The notes beneath the pieces are model-generated. The model saw only the letters and a program-made list of their open reading frames with translations. It did no database searches and was not told the origin of the DNA. Positions 41,130 through 50,629 of a stretch of 64,000 nt of DNA are shown here, piece by piece. Every line of letters starts with the position of its first letter. The first letter of the stretch is position 1. Origin of the DNA: Candidatus Latescibacterota bacterium (GTDB lineage Bacteria; Latescibacterota; UBA2968; GCA-2709665); the NCBI GenBank assembly GCA_965237675.1, contig OZ250150.1, forward strand, positions 4,640,001 to 4,704,000, written 5' to 3'. The translations under genes were made by a program, and so were the position numbers.

Positions 41130-41279
41130 AAATAACGATTTCCAGTTTCCGAACCCCGAGCCCGGCCGCCAAGCCTGAACCCTGGACCTGCACCCTGGCC
41201 TTGCCCTGAGCTTGTGGTCCCTGAGCCTGTCGAAGGGCCGAAGGGCTGTCGAAGGGTGCCGATGGGGTTGCCGAATGCC
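41130..41279 (-). repeat. attC-like site inflated by a nested REP cluster
   Basis: AAATAAC-gattt-CCAGTTTCCGAA, stacked CCCTG(A)GC halves, then three CGAAGGG halves. Confidence 0.78.
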
Positions 41280-41296
41280 GCTCTGACAAGACCCAT

Positions 41297-41959
41297 CTAC
41301 AACCGTTCGTTTCTGACGGCGAAGAAAAACGGGTGAACCTCATCCAGCGTGTCAACATTGGTAAGCCCGGCTCCTGCGATACCTTCCCGTTCGATCTCAA
41401 ATCCGGTCTCAGCAAGAATTTTCCTGTAGGTCGAGGGGCCAAAGTTGCTCCAGTACATCGTCCCGCCGAAGAAGTCATCTTCAGTATATCCAGGCCCGTC
41501 GTCATTCCTGGCAACCGTAAACAGAAGGAGGCCGCCTGGCCGAAGCCACTGTACGAATCGACGAAAGAGATTCAGATGCTCCTGCCTCGGGATGTGAAAA
41601 ATGGCGCAAAAGCTGACAATTGCATCGAAGCTGGCTGCGGGGAATTCCATCTCCGTTACGTCGGCGGTGACGAACCGGGCTGTGGGGACGTTGTTCCTGG
41701 CCAGAGCTATCATGCTCGAGGAGATGTCGATACCCGTGACGCGAAATGTCTTCGCAAGGTGCCGCGCGACCGGGATACCGGCGCCACAGCCAACATCAAG
41801 GATCCTGGAACCGGGCGCCAGACGTTTCGTGATCAGGTTGAGCTCAGAGTCGGCCGTGGTGCACCGTTGCTCGGCGTAGTGTATCGCGCATCGGTCGTAG
41901 GCCGCCCTGACGAGCGCCCGATAATCCGTATTCGGATCATCAGCAATCTTGAATGGCAT
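41297..41959 (-). CDS. class I SAM-dependent methyltransferase
   Basis: ILDVGCGAG, FDAIVSFCAIFH, WLRPGG; start placed at ATG 41959. Confidence 0.9.
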   Translation of the reverse strand: MPFKIADDPNTDYRALVRAAYDRCAIHYAEQRCTTADSELNLITKRLAPGSRILDVGCGAGIPVARHLAKTFRVTGIDISSSMIALARNNVPTARFVTADVTEMEFPAASFDAIVSFCAIFHIPRQEHLNLFRRFVQWLRPGGLLLFTVARNDDGPGYTEDDFFGGTMYWSNFGPSTYRKILAETGFEIEREGIAGAGLTNVDTLDEVHPFFFAVRNERL

Positions 41960-42034
41960 TATGTCACATTCCTGACCTGAGTCACTCGTTTCAATGAAGG
42001 ATTTCAGCTTTCGTTTTGCCGTTTTTTGACGGTT

Positions 42035-42117
42035 GGCCAACGGGGTACCGGCCTTCCAGGGATGTGTGGCCAGGGTGTCCTGCAGGCTGAAGGACCGCAG
42101 CGCAAACCGTGTTGTAA
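42035..42117 (-). repeat. attC-like site
   Basis: GGCCAAC-ggggta-CCGG ... CGCAGCGCAAACCGTGTTGTAA; the right arm is shared with the 33.5 kb and 48.3 kb sites. Confidence 0.55.
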
Positions 42118-42166
42118 AATGAAGTGGAAACCAGTGTCCTGTCGCAGAAATATGTCACCATTCTTC

Positions 42167-42202
42167 CCTGTCTGCGTGCGTGAGGCAGCACGCACAGGCA
42201 GG
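42167..42202. repeat. REP-like palindrome
   Basis: CCTGTCTGCGTGCGTG...CACGCACAGGCAGG. Confidence 0.65.
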
Positions 42203-42289
42203 CGCCGGTTCATCCCGTCTCGCGGCGTTGCCTTGCGTGCCGGGCGACTCGTCGGCCGAATTTCGGCAATCTAGTTCCCGGACAGAACA

Positions 42290-42658
42290 CTATCCGTTCT
42301 TGTCTTGCGCGATACACAGACTGTTTCCATCGGGATCGACGAAACTGAACTCAAGATTGCCCCAACTTTGATCCCAAAGCTCTCCAACCGGGATACCCAC
42401 TTGCCTGTACTCCTCGTAGACGGCCGGCGCGTCCTCGACATAGATCTGAACAGTCCGCGTCCCAGGCGGGCCATCGCCTGGAAACGAGGAAATAACGACG
42501 TGGGCCGCATCCCGGACGACTCCCATATAGCAAGGGTCGAGTTTTGTCGGATGGGGCCTCCAGGCGTACACGCGACGGAACCCGAGTTTTCCACAGTAGA
42601 ATTCCTCGGCAGCTTCCGAACTCGACACGCCCAAAATTGGTATGGCCTCTTTGAACAC
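42290..42658 (-). CDS. VOC / bleomycin-resistance family protein
   Basis: AGGAG then GTG; AIPIL, EFYCGKLGF, DQSWGNLEFSFVDPDGN. Confidence 0.9.
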   Translation of the reverse strand: MFKEAIPILGVSSSEAAEEFYCGKLGFRRVYAWRPHPTKLDPCYMGVVRDAAHVVISSFPGDGPPGTRTVQIYVEDAPAVYEEYRQVGIPVGELWDQSWGNLEFSFVDPDGNSLCIAQDKNG

Positions 42659-42768
42659 GCGATCTCCTTTCAAATTAGCTTCGGCATTCGCGAGCAGGCA
42701 CGGTAATACGGACCGGTCAGAAAAATCCCCGAATGTTCGTGTACACTTCGTGTGGGATTTAACTATCG

Positions 42769-43155
42769 TCAATCCGATTCAAATGCATGTTGGGTCAACC
42801 ACTCAACCAGACTCTCCTTTGAAACCTGGCCGGAAGCAACACCTAAAATAAGCGACTCTTGTTCATCCACACTGGCTCTGATTTCATGACCATTCAGAAT
42901 CAGAAATACCTCCATCGCTGCATGGCCCAATCTCTTATTCCCATCGACGAACGGGTGGTTTTGCACGAGGGAAAAGCATAACGCACCGGCTTTCTCGATC
43001 AACGAAGGATAGAGATCACGCCCCCCATAAGTGATACGGGGTTGCGCGACGGCCGACTCTAATCTGCCTGTATCGCGCAACCCCGATGCTCCGCCACTTT
43101 GATCGACAACGCGTCCGTAAAGTTCGATCACCTCTGCCAAAGAAAGATACCTCAT
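42769..43155 (-). CDS. doc: Fic/Doc family toxin (death-on-curing)
   Basis: HPFVDGNKR motif; start overlaps the stop of the upstream small gene. Confidence 0.93.
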   Translation of the reverse strand: MRYLSLAEVIELYGRVVDQSGGASGLRDTGRLESAVAQPRITYGGRDLYPSLIEKAGALCFSLVQNHPFVDGNKRLGHAAMEVFLILNGHEIRASVDEQESLILGVASGQVSKESLVEWLTQHAFESD

Positions 43156-43349
43156 TAACTCAGCCTTCTATAGAGTTCCTCATTCTTGCGTAAAACACGC
43201 TGTGCTGCAACTTCAAAATCCTCTTGAAGCTTATCAAGCAAATCGTCCAACGCAGCTTTTGCAAGCTGCTCCGGACGTATGCCAAGGCGTTTGGCGGTTA
43301 AATCCAACTTTTCGTTTTGTGATTCTGTGAGATCCAGAAAAAGCTTCAT
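43155..43349 (-). CDS. antitoxin partner of Doc (ribbon-helix-helix-like)
   Basis: 64 aa ending [10 protein letters not shown], directly upstream of doc. Confidence 0.85.
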   Translation of the reverse strand: MKLFLDLTESQNEKLDLTAKRLGIRPEQLAKAALDDLLDKLQEDFEVAAQRVLRKNEELYRRLS

Positions 43350-43590
43350 TTCAGTTCCTCCGTACGTTGTTGATTATTCCACATAATCGCAAATTACAGA
43401 CCAGGGTTCAAGAGTGATTTTTCTTTTCGGTTTGTCTGCAAATACCGCTTCTGGGGGCTTTGCCGGTTTGCGAACACCGACCCGTGCCCTGATCACAGCC
43501 TCCTGGTTTTAGGTTTTCATCATTAACCACCAGGAGTCAAGATTAACGACGTGTCCCGGCGCGATCATCGCAATCTTCAATTGGGGCTTT

Positions 43591-43974
43591 CTAAATCGGT
43601 TGCCCTATATCAATTCGGTTGCCATCGGGATCTGCGATGACAAAGTCCCGAAGACCGTATCTTTGATCGCGTAGTCCCTTGACTATCCGTACTCCCGACT
43701 TGCCAAGGTGAGCGTAAAGCGCCTTCGCATCATTCACAATCAGGTGCGCGACGTTGTGTGTCGATGGCTTCTTGTCACGGCACAATGACAGGTGCAGCTC
43801 GGCCTGGCCTTTCTTCATGATCACGAAGCCGACCGGATTCCCGTTCTCGAACGTTTTGCGCATTCCCAACATGGACCTGTAAAATGCCACGGACTCCTCG
43901 ATAATGCTGACTGTGATCCCGGGCGCCATGCGCCCAAACTCGACCGAGATCGGGAATTTCGATGAATTGTCCAT
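43591..43974 (-). CDS. VOC / glyoxalase family protein
   Basis: VAFYRSMLG, YGLRDFVIADPDGNRIDIG. Confidence 0.9.
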   Translation of the reverse strand: MDNSSKFPISVEFGRMAPGITVSIIEESVAFYRSMLGMRKTFENGNPVGFVIMKKGQAELHLSLCRDKKPSTHNVAHLIVNDAKALYAHLGKSGVRIVKGLRDQRYGLRDFVIADPDGNRIDIGQPI

Positions 43975-44254
43975 GAACTCTGCCCCCTTCGTTGACCACA
44001 CGATCCGGAACTGAGGCGGTGCTCAATGCAGGACAATGGCCGGTTCTGGAAAGCCGAGGCGGTGCTCGGATCGATGATCGGGCTGGGTGCCACTTCACCA
44101 GGTGATAAGAAAATCCGCTCGCGATTGCAGGTTCGGTGATACGACGATCGCGTATAACGTGCGGTTGGATCCAATGTCGCCTTCAGAATCTCGTGATTCC
44201 GTCCGAACCTTCTCTCCCTTTATTACGCCATGATATTGAGAGGGCATAGACCGA

Positions 44255-45574
44255 ATGCATCGACGACCGCCCAAAGAACTCGTCAGGCAATCCTCAGAGG
44301 GGAACCCCGAAGCGTTTGTCGCCGTTGTCAGGCACTTCGAGGATAGACTGACAACCCTGATCAGATACTTCATTGACAATGAAGATGATGCGTCAGATGT
44401 GCTTCAGGATACGCTCCTCCAGGCCTGGGCTACTCAACACCAGCTTCGGGATCCGTCGAGGATCGGGCCGTGGCTCTTCCAGATTGCGAGAAACCGCTCC
44501 CGTGATTTCCTCAGAGGAAAGCACAGAAGAGAATTGCCGACTTCGCCAATTGAGCTGGAGCGGATTCTGAATCAGTCACGGTCGACGCCGCACAATCAAA
44601 CGGAATCGATTCGGCGGATCAGGCGCGCAATAGAGAAAATACCAAATTACGAAGCGAACGCCATCAAAGACTTCTACTTCAGAGGTCTTACAATTGCAGA
44701 AATCGCAAATCGCACCGGACGTTCCGGTGGTACAATCAAACGCAGGCTGTCAACCGGCCGCAATCGAATACGGGATGTACTTGGCGTGACAGCACAAAGA
44801 AGGAGGACAGAAATGCCAGCACTTGGCTCTCGGGAGTTGAAGCATCGATTTCCTCACGAACGGCCAAGAATTCAGATCAACAGGTCGGAGCGTCCACGGT
44901 TTTCCGTGGACTGCCCCGAACTCAGATGGTGGTTCGCGGTACCCACAATTGATGAGTCGGTGCTCGTCGCAACCTATAGTCCGAACCGGTGGACATTGAC
45001 CTCGGTCATGAAACTGGAAGCATCTGGAATCGCTGAGGTCCACGGCGTCGAACGTATCGAAATAGAGGTGACGGAAATCAATGTGCAAACGCACCTTGCA
45101 AGTAAAGTCTGCTCGATGGTCGGACGTCTCACCGAAGAGAAGGCACAGTACCTCGCTGTCTTTCAACGAAACGGAAAGTTCAGTGTCGAGACCTTCCTGA
45201 GTGAGGCCTTCTGGCGAGATTCTGTACGGAAGCTTGAACCTCAGGGGTCATTTGACGAGGTGGCGCCGCGGGCGTTTTGCAGAACCGACAAATCATGCGA
45301 AGAAGCGGGGGCAGGAAATCACGAAGTTCGCGTAGACGGTCGTTTTTTCTCGTGTTTACGGGTCCTTGAGCTCGAGGGAGATCCCGAAGAGCCTGACTCT
45401 GTATTCACGGAGAGTTTCCTGACCGCCGAAGGCCGTACCTTACTCAGGAGGCATTACTGCCACCCTGAATGCGAAAACGTCTCCGTCGATAAATCCGGAG
45501 AGGTCGACGTGGACGGAGCCAAATTCGTACACTGGTACGATAACCTGACGGATATTGCATTCCGGCAGCGTTAA
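44255..45574 (+). CDS. ECF sigma factor with a ~250-aa C-terminal extension
   Basis: Region 2 DASDVLQDTLL..W...WLFQIARN; region 4 GLTIAEIA...GTIKRRLSTGR. Confidence 0.88.
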   Translation: MHRRPPKELVRQSSEGNPEAFVAVVRHFEDRLTTLIRYFIDNEDDASDVLQDTLLQAWATQHQLRDPSRIGPWLFQIARNRSRDFLRGKHRRELPTSPIELERILNQSRSTPHNQTESIRRIRRAIEKIPNYEANAIKDFYFRGLTIAEIANRTGRSGGTIKRRLSTGRNRIRDVLGVTAQRRRTEMPALGSRELKHRFPHERPRIQINRSERPRFSVDCPELRWWFAVPTIDESVLVATYSPNRWTLTSVMKLEASGIAEVHGVERIEIEVTEINVQTHLASKVCSMVGRLTEEKAQYLAVFQRNGKFSVETFLSEAFWRDSVRKLEPQGSFDEVAPRAFCRTDKSCEEAGAGNHEVRVDGRFFSCLRVLELEGDPEEPDSVFTESFLTAEGRTLLRRHYCHPECENVSVDKSGEVDVDGAKFVHWYDNLTDIAFRQR

Positions 45575-45685
45575 ATCGGGCTCGTTCCCGATGTCTGGCT
45601 ACTGCCATAGCATGAAACGTCCCCGGCTGCTGCGAACCGTGCATCGGTTGGAATAAAGCGCCAAATGGCCCATAGCCGGGCATGG

Positions 45686-46558
45686 TTACGTCCTGTCGGC
45701 GACAACTGGTCCGTTCTGTGATACTGAATGCTCCTTGACGATCATTCTATCCGCATGAAGGGAGACAAAGTTGAAGCATGGCGGGTGCTCTGCGTCAAAA
45801 CTCACTTTCTGTTCATCAGGCCAATAGTTGAGCTGGCAGAAAGTGCTTCCTACGCTGATATACGCAATGCCGTCTTTCCGGATATGGGTCCCTCGATGAA
45901 CATGACCGAAAAACACGCCTCGCAGCCGATCTCTTGCCGGCAAGAGTGCATCATGTAATTCGGCGCCATTGAGCATGCCTACGTATTTGGAATACCACGT
46001 GGAATCCATATCAAGCGGCGAGTGATGAATGAAAACGGTCAATGAGCCGTTCTGCCGGCTAACCTCCGCTCGAACAATATCAAGCTGGTCTTCCGTAACT
46101 TTTCCGAAGTGGCCCGCTTCATCATATGGCTGCTGGGAATCCAGAACCAGAAACCGTTCGCTTGCAATTGAGAATCGATAACAGTTCAGGTCCGATCTGG
46201 ATAGAACATCCTCTTTGGGCCCCGTCTTTAGATGTTTGCGCATATAGGCACGCGTATCGTGGTTTCCTGTCACGAAGTACATGGGAATATTAATCTTAGC
46301 AAATGCCTCCGCAGCCAACTCGTAAGCGACTTCGGTGTCATGGTTCGCTACGTCGCCTGTATGGATTATGAACCGAGGTTGGGTAGGGAGGCCATTTATG
46401 GCTTCAAGGACCCGCAGCAGATTGCGGTAAGGATTGTTGCCCAGCACGGCCCAATCTCTCGAATGCCCTAAGTGCGTGTCACTGATTTGGACGAAATACA
46501 GGGGATCTGCCATGTCTTCCTCCCGTACCGGGAGTTGCGGATCCAATGATTCATACAT
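45686..46558 (-). CDS. metallophosphoesterase, CpdA/Icc-like phosphodiesterase
   Basis: QISDTHL, TGDV, GNHD, HHSP, GHVH. Confidence 0.9.
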   Translation of the reverse strand: MYESLDPQLPVREEDMADPLYFVQISDTHLGHSRDWAVLGNNPYRNLLRVLEAINGLPTQPRFIIHTGDVANHDTEVAYELAAEAFAKINIPMYFVTGNHDTRAYMRKHLKTGPKEDVLSRSDLNCYRFSIASERFLVLDSQQPYDEAGHFGKVTEDQLDIVRAEVSRQNGSLTVFIHHSPLDMDSTWYSKYVGMLNGAELHDALLPARDRLRGVFFGHVHRGTHIRKDGIAYISVGSTFCQLNYWPDEQKVSFDAEHPPCFNFVSLHADRMIVKEHSVSQNGPVVADRT

Positions 46559-46729
46559 GTTGACCGCGGTCCTCGGATGGGCAGCGCCGGTTGTTCGAGG
46601 GCGCGCTTTCGGCTATTGACTCTCGCCGTACCCGAAGCCGGGGTCATGGATCTGCTATGCGGCCCCAAACGACCCACGCGGGAGAAACGAGCGGGATGTT
46701 TGCGATTGCAGTCCGGCGTGAAAAAGCAC

Positions 46730-47281
46730 TCATTGCCTGGATCCATGCCTGGACTCAAATTCAGTCTTTAACAAACCGAACAAGAGCCTATCCCATCGGC
46801 AATTGGACCAATATGCAGCCTCACGCTCCCGTCCTTCCTGTGCAAATCCAAGCTTCTCGAGAACTCTTATAGCGCCTGCATTGTTTGAAGTCGTCGCAGC
46901 CGAAATCCTGTACAAGTCCAATTCTTCGAACGCGAACCGAAGCATGACCAGCGCAGCATCCGTGCAATACCCCTTCCCCCTGTCCTGTCTGAGTGCGATT
47001 CCAAAACCGAGACTCGCTGTGCGACTCCTCCAGTCGATTCCAGAAAGCTGAATATCACCGACGAGATTTCCATCATTATCGAATATGCCCAGGTAAATTT
47101 GACTCTTGCCCTGTTGCTGCTGGATCTCGTCAAACCATTTCTCCGAGCCCTCGAGTGAATGACCAGGCCTCACCGGTTCGGTCGGAATTGGCTCCTCGAG
47201 CTCATAGTGTTCCCATAGTGTGCGGCAATGCTGGCGTTCCATTGTCCGCAATACCGCTTTTTTGCCACGCAATTCGATCAT
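46730..47281 (-). CDS. GNAT N-acetyltransferase, RimJ/RimL type
   Basis: RGKGYCTDA, NAGAIRVLEKLGFAQEGRER; start placed at ATG 47281. Confidence 0.9.
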   Translation of the reverse strand: MIELRGKKAVLRTMERQHCRTLWEHYELEEPIPTEPVRPGHSLEGSEKWFDEIQQQQGKSQIYLGIFDNDGNLVGDIQLSGIDWRSRTASLGFGIALRQDRGKGYCTDAALVMLRFAFEELDLYRISAATTSNNAGAIRVLEKLGFAQEGREREAAYWSNCRWDRLLFGLLKTEFESRHGSRQ

Positions 47282-47412
47282 GAAAGGTAACCTGTCAACG
47301 TATTCACGATCTGGATATCCTCGCCGATGGATTTCAACAACATCGCTGCTGAGTTGGCATAGCAGTATGGAGCATTTCCTACATATTCGAGCATCGTCTT
47401 CTCCCCTCACTC

Positions 47413-47564
47413 GACGAACGTTCAGGCAGGAAAGGCGTTGCGCATAGCGTCCAGCAGGGCTGATGGCCGGTTTGGGAACCCGCGAAGCGGGTTGCGCAGG
47501 CCAGGGCGCCCGTCGGCAAGCGTAGGATAAACTCCGCGCCGAAGCACAAGAGGACATGTTATAC
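47413..47564 (-). repeat. long attC-like site
   Basis: GACGAAC-gttcag ... AACCCGC-GAA-GCGGGTT hairpin ... GTTATAC; CAAGAGGACAT arm also at 61550. Confidence 0.5.
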
Positions 47565-47637
47565 GTCTACAAAGGTCTTCGGAGTTGCAACATCCAATTG
47601 GACACCCTCCACGAGTCCCGGTTTTGTTTTAAAGTCC

Positions 47638-48210
47638 TCATTCGCCGGCGCGAGCCAGGTATTGCAATGCCAATGAAATTGCAGCAGCCCACGACAAGAC
47701 CTTGAACTCTCCGGAGCCTAACGCATCTTCCAACTCCTGCCGGGAAAGAAACAGAAGTTGCTGATCCTCAATGTCATCACTGCAAGGTTCAGTTACTTGC
47801 CGTGCCTTACGAGCCAGGAACAAGTGCCGAACGCCAACACCGCGATTGGGGTCGACCTTGTAGCTGCCAAGGTCGATCCATTCCGTCGCTTCGAATCCAG
47901 TCTCCTCCAGCAGTTCACGCTTTGCAGCCGTTAATGGATCCTCACCGGGTTCAACCATACCTGCTACAGGCGCCAGAGTCGTTCCCACGACCGCGTATTT
48001 CGTCTGCCGAAAACAAAGGAACCTGCCGTCCGAATTGACCGCGAGAATGATCGATGCGTCTGGGCCGACTATCCAGGGCCAGTCGGCGATGACCTGTCCA
48101 TCTGGCCATTGTACCGTGTGACTCTCTACAGTCAGATATGGTCCGTGATTTAGAATTGTGCGACGAGAAAGGGTCTTGAACGGTCGCAGTTCCTTGCCAT
48201 CGGTTGTCAT
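47638..48210 (-). CDS. NUDIX hydrolase (ADP-ribose pyrophosphatase-like)
   Basis: AGMVEPGEDPLTAAKRELLEETG. Confidence 0.92.
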   Translation of the reverse strand: MTTDGKELRPFKTLSRRTILNHGPYLTVESHTVQWPDGQVIADWPWIVGPDASIILAVNSDGRFLCFRQTKYAVVGTTLAPVAGMVEPGEDPLTAAKRELLEETGFEATEWIDLGSYKVDPNRGVGVRHLFLARKARQVTEPCSDDIEDQQLLFLSRQELEDALGSGEFKVLSWAAAISLALQYLARAGE

Positions 48211-48400
48211 TTGTCCTCCGGCAGAATGCTGGGGCGTGGTGGATACAGTTCTTGCGCTTATCTACATAGTTTTGACGATCCGGAAACCGGTGTTGTGTAT
48301 AACGTTCAGCAAAGGCAGCTATACCTATAGGCCGAGGGGCGTCCGAACGGCGGCACCGCAAAAACCGTGAGGTCGACCGCAGCGAACAACCTGACCACGG

Positions 48401-49213
48401 CTAACCGAACTGTTCTTCCAGCCATGCGATCGCGAAGTCTGCCAGATCCCTGGCGTCGAACAGAAACGAGTCCGCGGCGCCAACCCACCCCTCCGCGCAG
48501 CGTCCGCGAGCCATATACGCTTTTGAAATGGCCCGGAAATAGCTGCCATCGGGCCAGTCAGCGATTCCATTGGAAGTATCAAACTGCTCGAACTCGATCC
48601 ATTCGCACTTGCCACCGCGCAAGACGGGCCACCGATAGCGCTCAGTTCTCTTGTTGGGCACGTCAGCAATGTGTTCCGCGTAGTGGAGAATGGTGAGGCT
48701 ATCGAAAAGCGGTCCAAGCAGGAGTATTTTCCCCCGAACTTCGCACAACTTCTCGAGGGGGGAATCCACGCCATAACCGAACTGAAGCGGATGGTCCGAT
48801 GTTATCCAATCCGCGCTCGCGCCAACTGCTGCCACTCGTGCCTCAGGATGGGCGCTGCAACGTGCCCCTGGCCATGTGCGCAGGTACTCTGTAAGGATGC
48901 TCCACTCACGAAAGGCGCGAGTCCGGGAAGGATCAAATGGTGGGCACTCTGCCAGATAGGCTTTCTGCCAGTCCTCCGGCCAATCATCAATTTCGTTCAA
49001 TGGTTCCTCGCACTTCACGTACATCATCAAGGTCCCCGTTGAACCGAGCACGTCCAGGATCGCCCGAAGCACCATTTCAGGGCCCCCTACGATCCAGCCG
49101 ACTGCCTTGACAGAAGCATGCAGCATCAAGGTGTCGCCAGCGGCAAGCCCCAGTTTCGATAAGTCTGATACCAATCTGCTTCGTGTAATCACCGGCAGAT
49201 CTGTGTTGACCAT
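48401..49213 (-). CDS. aac(3): aminoglycoside 3-N-acetyltransferase family, copy 1
   Basis: MLHASVKAVGWIVGG, GTLMMY, SAHP, YGVDSPL, TILHYAEH; start placed at ATG 49213. Confidence 0.92.
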   Translation of the reverse strand: MVNTDLPVITRSRLVSDLSKLGLAAGDTLMLHASVKAVGWIVGGPEMVLRAILDVLGSTGTLMMYVKCEEPLNEIDDWPEDWQKAYLAECPPFDPSRTRAFREWSILTEYLRTWPGARCSAHPEARVAAVGASADWITSDHPLQFGYGVDSPLEKLCEVRGKILLLGPLFDSLTILHYAEHIADVPNKRTERYRWPVLRGGKCEWIEFEQFDTSNGIADWPDGSYFRAISKAYMARGRCAEGWVGAADSFLFDARDLADFAIAWLEEQFG

Positions 49214-49322
49214 GCTGACCGCCTCTCGCGTCAGGGAAGACCTTGCATTGCAGTCTACGGTCTGGCCGCGTGCGAACCCACCGAGCGCAGCGGAGGTGGA
49301 TTTCCGCAGGCCATGAATTATG

Positions 49323-49670
49323 TCAACTCTCACCCCAGTTCTTGACCAGGTCGCGGTCGGCGCCCCCCTGTGCCAGCACCGGTATTTCCGACCGGGTCCG
49401 CACCGGGATATTTGGATCGGCTCCCGATTGCAACAAAAACCGCACGACGTCAACCCGGTCGCCGCGTGCTGCTTCCCACAGAAACGTCCGGTTGTGCCCG
49501 CCGCTCTTGGCCAGCAGCAGCGACGGTTCCCGCTTCAGATGCCGTTTTACAGCGTACAAATCTTCGCGTCGTGCATCCTTTCAAATCCTGTCGATACCGA
49601 AGCGGCCGCTGTGGCCTGAACGCGGCTTGACTTCATCTCCCCATTCGTGGTCGTCCGGAGCCGTACCCAT
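49323..49670 (-). pseudogene. truncated ankyrin-repeat gene with in-frame TGA
   Basis: ATG 49670 ...DRI*KDARR...TFLWEAARGDRVDVVRFLLQSGADPN. Confidence 0.6.
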
Positions 49671-49907
49671 CGTCTTTGCACCTGATTCAGCCGCTATTTC
49701 GGACTACTGACGTTACGTCGATTTCCGAACCCCGCGCTCGGCCGCAGCGCATACCCTGAGCCGCTCACATTTGCACAAGTGGATGTAATGGAAGATGTAC
49801 GAACCCGAAAGATCGCCAAAAGAAACAACGGGGCGGTCATCACCCCGTTTCGTGTTTTTTTCCTGATAGGCGTACCAATTTTGCCGTAGACGATGTTAGA
49901 TATCAGT

Positions 49908-50134
49908 TCATATCAGGGCTCGGAATTCTTCCACGGTCAAACCTGCCTCGCGAATAATCGCTCGAAGAGTTCCGCTTTGGCTACCTGTCTATGATTGGGG
50001 ACTACGATACGGCGATAAGGTTCTCGATTCAGTCGCAATACGATGTGGCTTCCACGTTGACGATCGGACTCATAGCCGATCTGTCCCAATGCCCTCACAA
50101 CGTCGCGTCCAGAGACAACTGGGAGCGGACTCAA
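49908..50134 (-). pseudogene. hicA: HicA toxin, frameshifted
   Basis: RQRGSH and VPNH in one frame; GTLRAIIREAGLTVEEFRALI in another after about 49975. GTTAGAT core at 49895-49901 just past the stop. Confidence 0.88.
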
Positions 50135-50352
50135 ATTTTAATCTCGATGATTTCTTCCGTAATCGCGGGAGGAATCGGGTCTCCATGGGCTTCCAGACTC
50201 TCAATATAGAGCTCCATCGCTTCCTGCGCATTTGCCAGGGCTTCCTTTCGAGTAGACCCTTGTGAGATACACCCTGGCAAAGCCGGAACCTCGGCCACAA
50301 AAATGCCGTCTTCATCCTGCTCGATGAGTACCCTGAATTTGATATTGCTCAT
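50131..50352 (-). CDS. hicB: HicB antitoxin
   Basis: EQDEDGIFVAEVPALPGCISQGSTRKEAL. Confidence 0.93.
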   Translation of the reverse strand: MSNIKFRVLIEQDEDGIFVAEVPALPGCISQGSTRKEALANAQEAMELYIESLEAHGDPIPPAITEEIIEIKI

Positions 50353-50629
50353 TTCGCTGTCCCCGACTATCGACTATTCCCTCCAAAGATGCTTTACAAC
50401 ACATCAAAGATAGCCACTATTCAATACCGTTGCAATTAGTATTGGCGTTCACGTTGTTTCCGGAAATCGGACATAACTTGGTACACTCGCAGCGCTCTTT
50501 CCGCGATCATTCCAACCCAGGTCTTTATTCGACCTATAGGCGTTATACATATACGCTGACGTTTCCGCCGCGCGGTCATGTTGCCGGGCGTGCCACGTGC
50601 AGATACCAACACTTTCTATGCGATTGTAC

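Noticed and set aside
6056-41279. CRISPR array in the CTGAGC/TCGAAGGG clusters
   Set aside because: The units are degenerate and nested, without constant-length unique spacers, and no cas genes are present.
48401-49453. Extended N-termini in the ORF track (AAC(3) to 49453, GNAT to 47557, nitrilase to 36830, methyltransferase to 42040)
   Set aside because: The extensions cross intergenic repeats or neighbouring relics. Shorter starts match the paralogue or the family N-terminus.
26837-49590. UGA-to-Trp recoding, suggested by TGA at likely Trp positions
   Set aside because: Many intact genes end in TGA, TGG is used normally, and TAG stops and frameshifts also occur. Decay explains it better.
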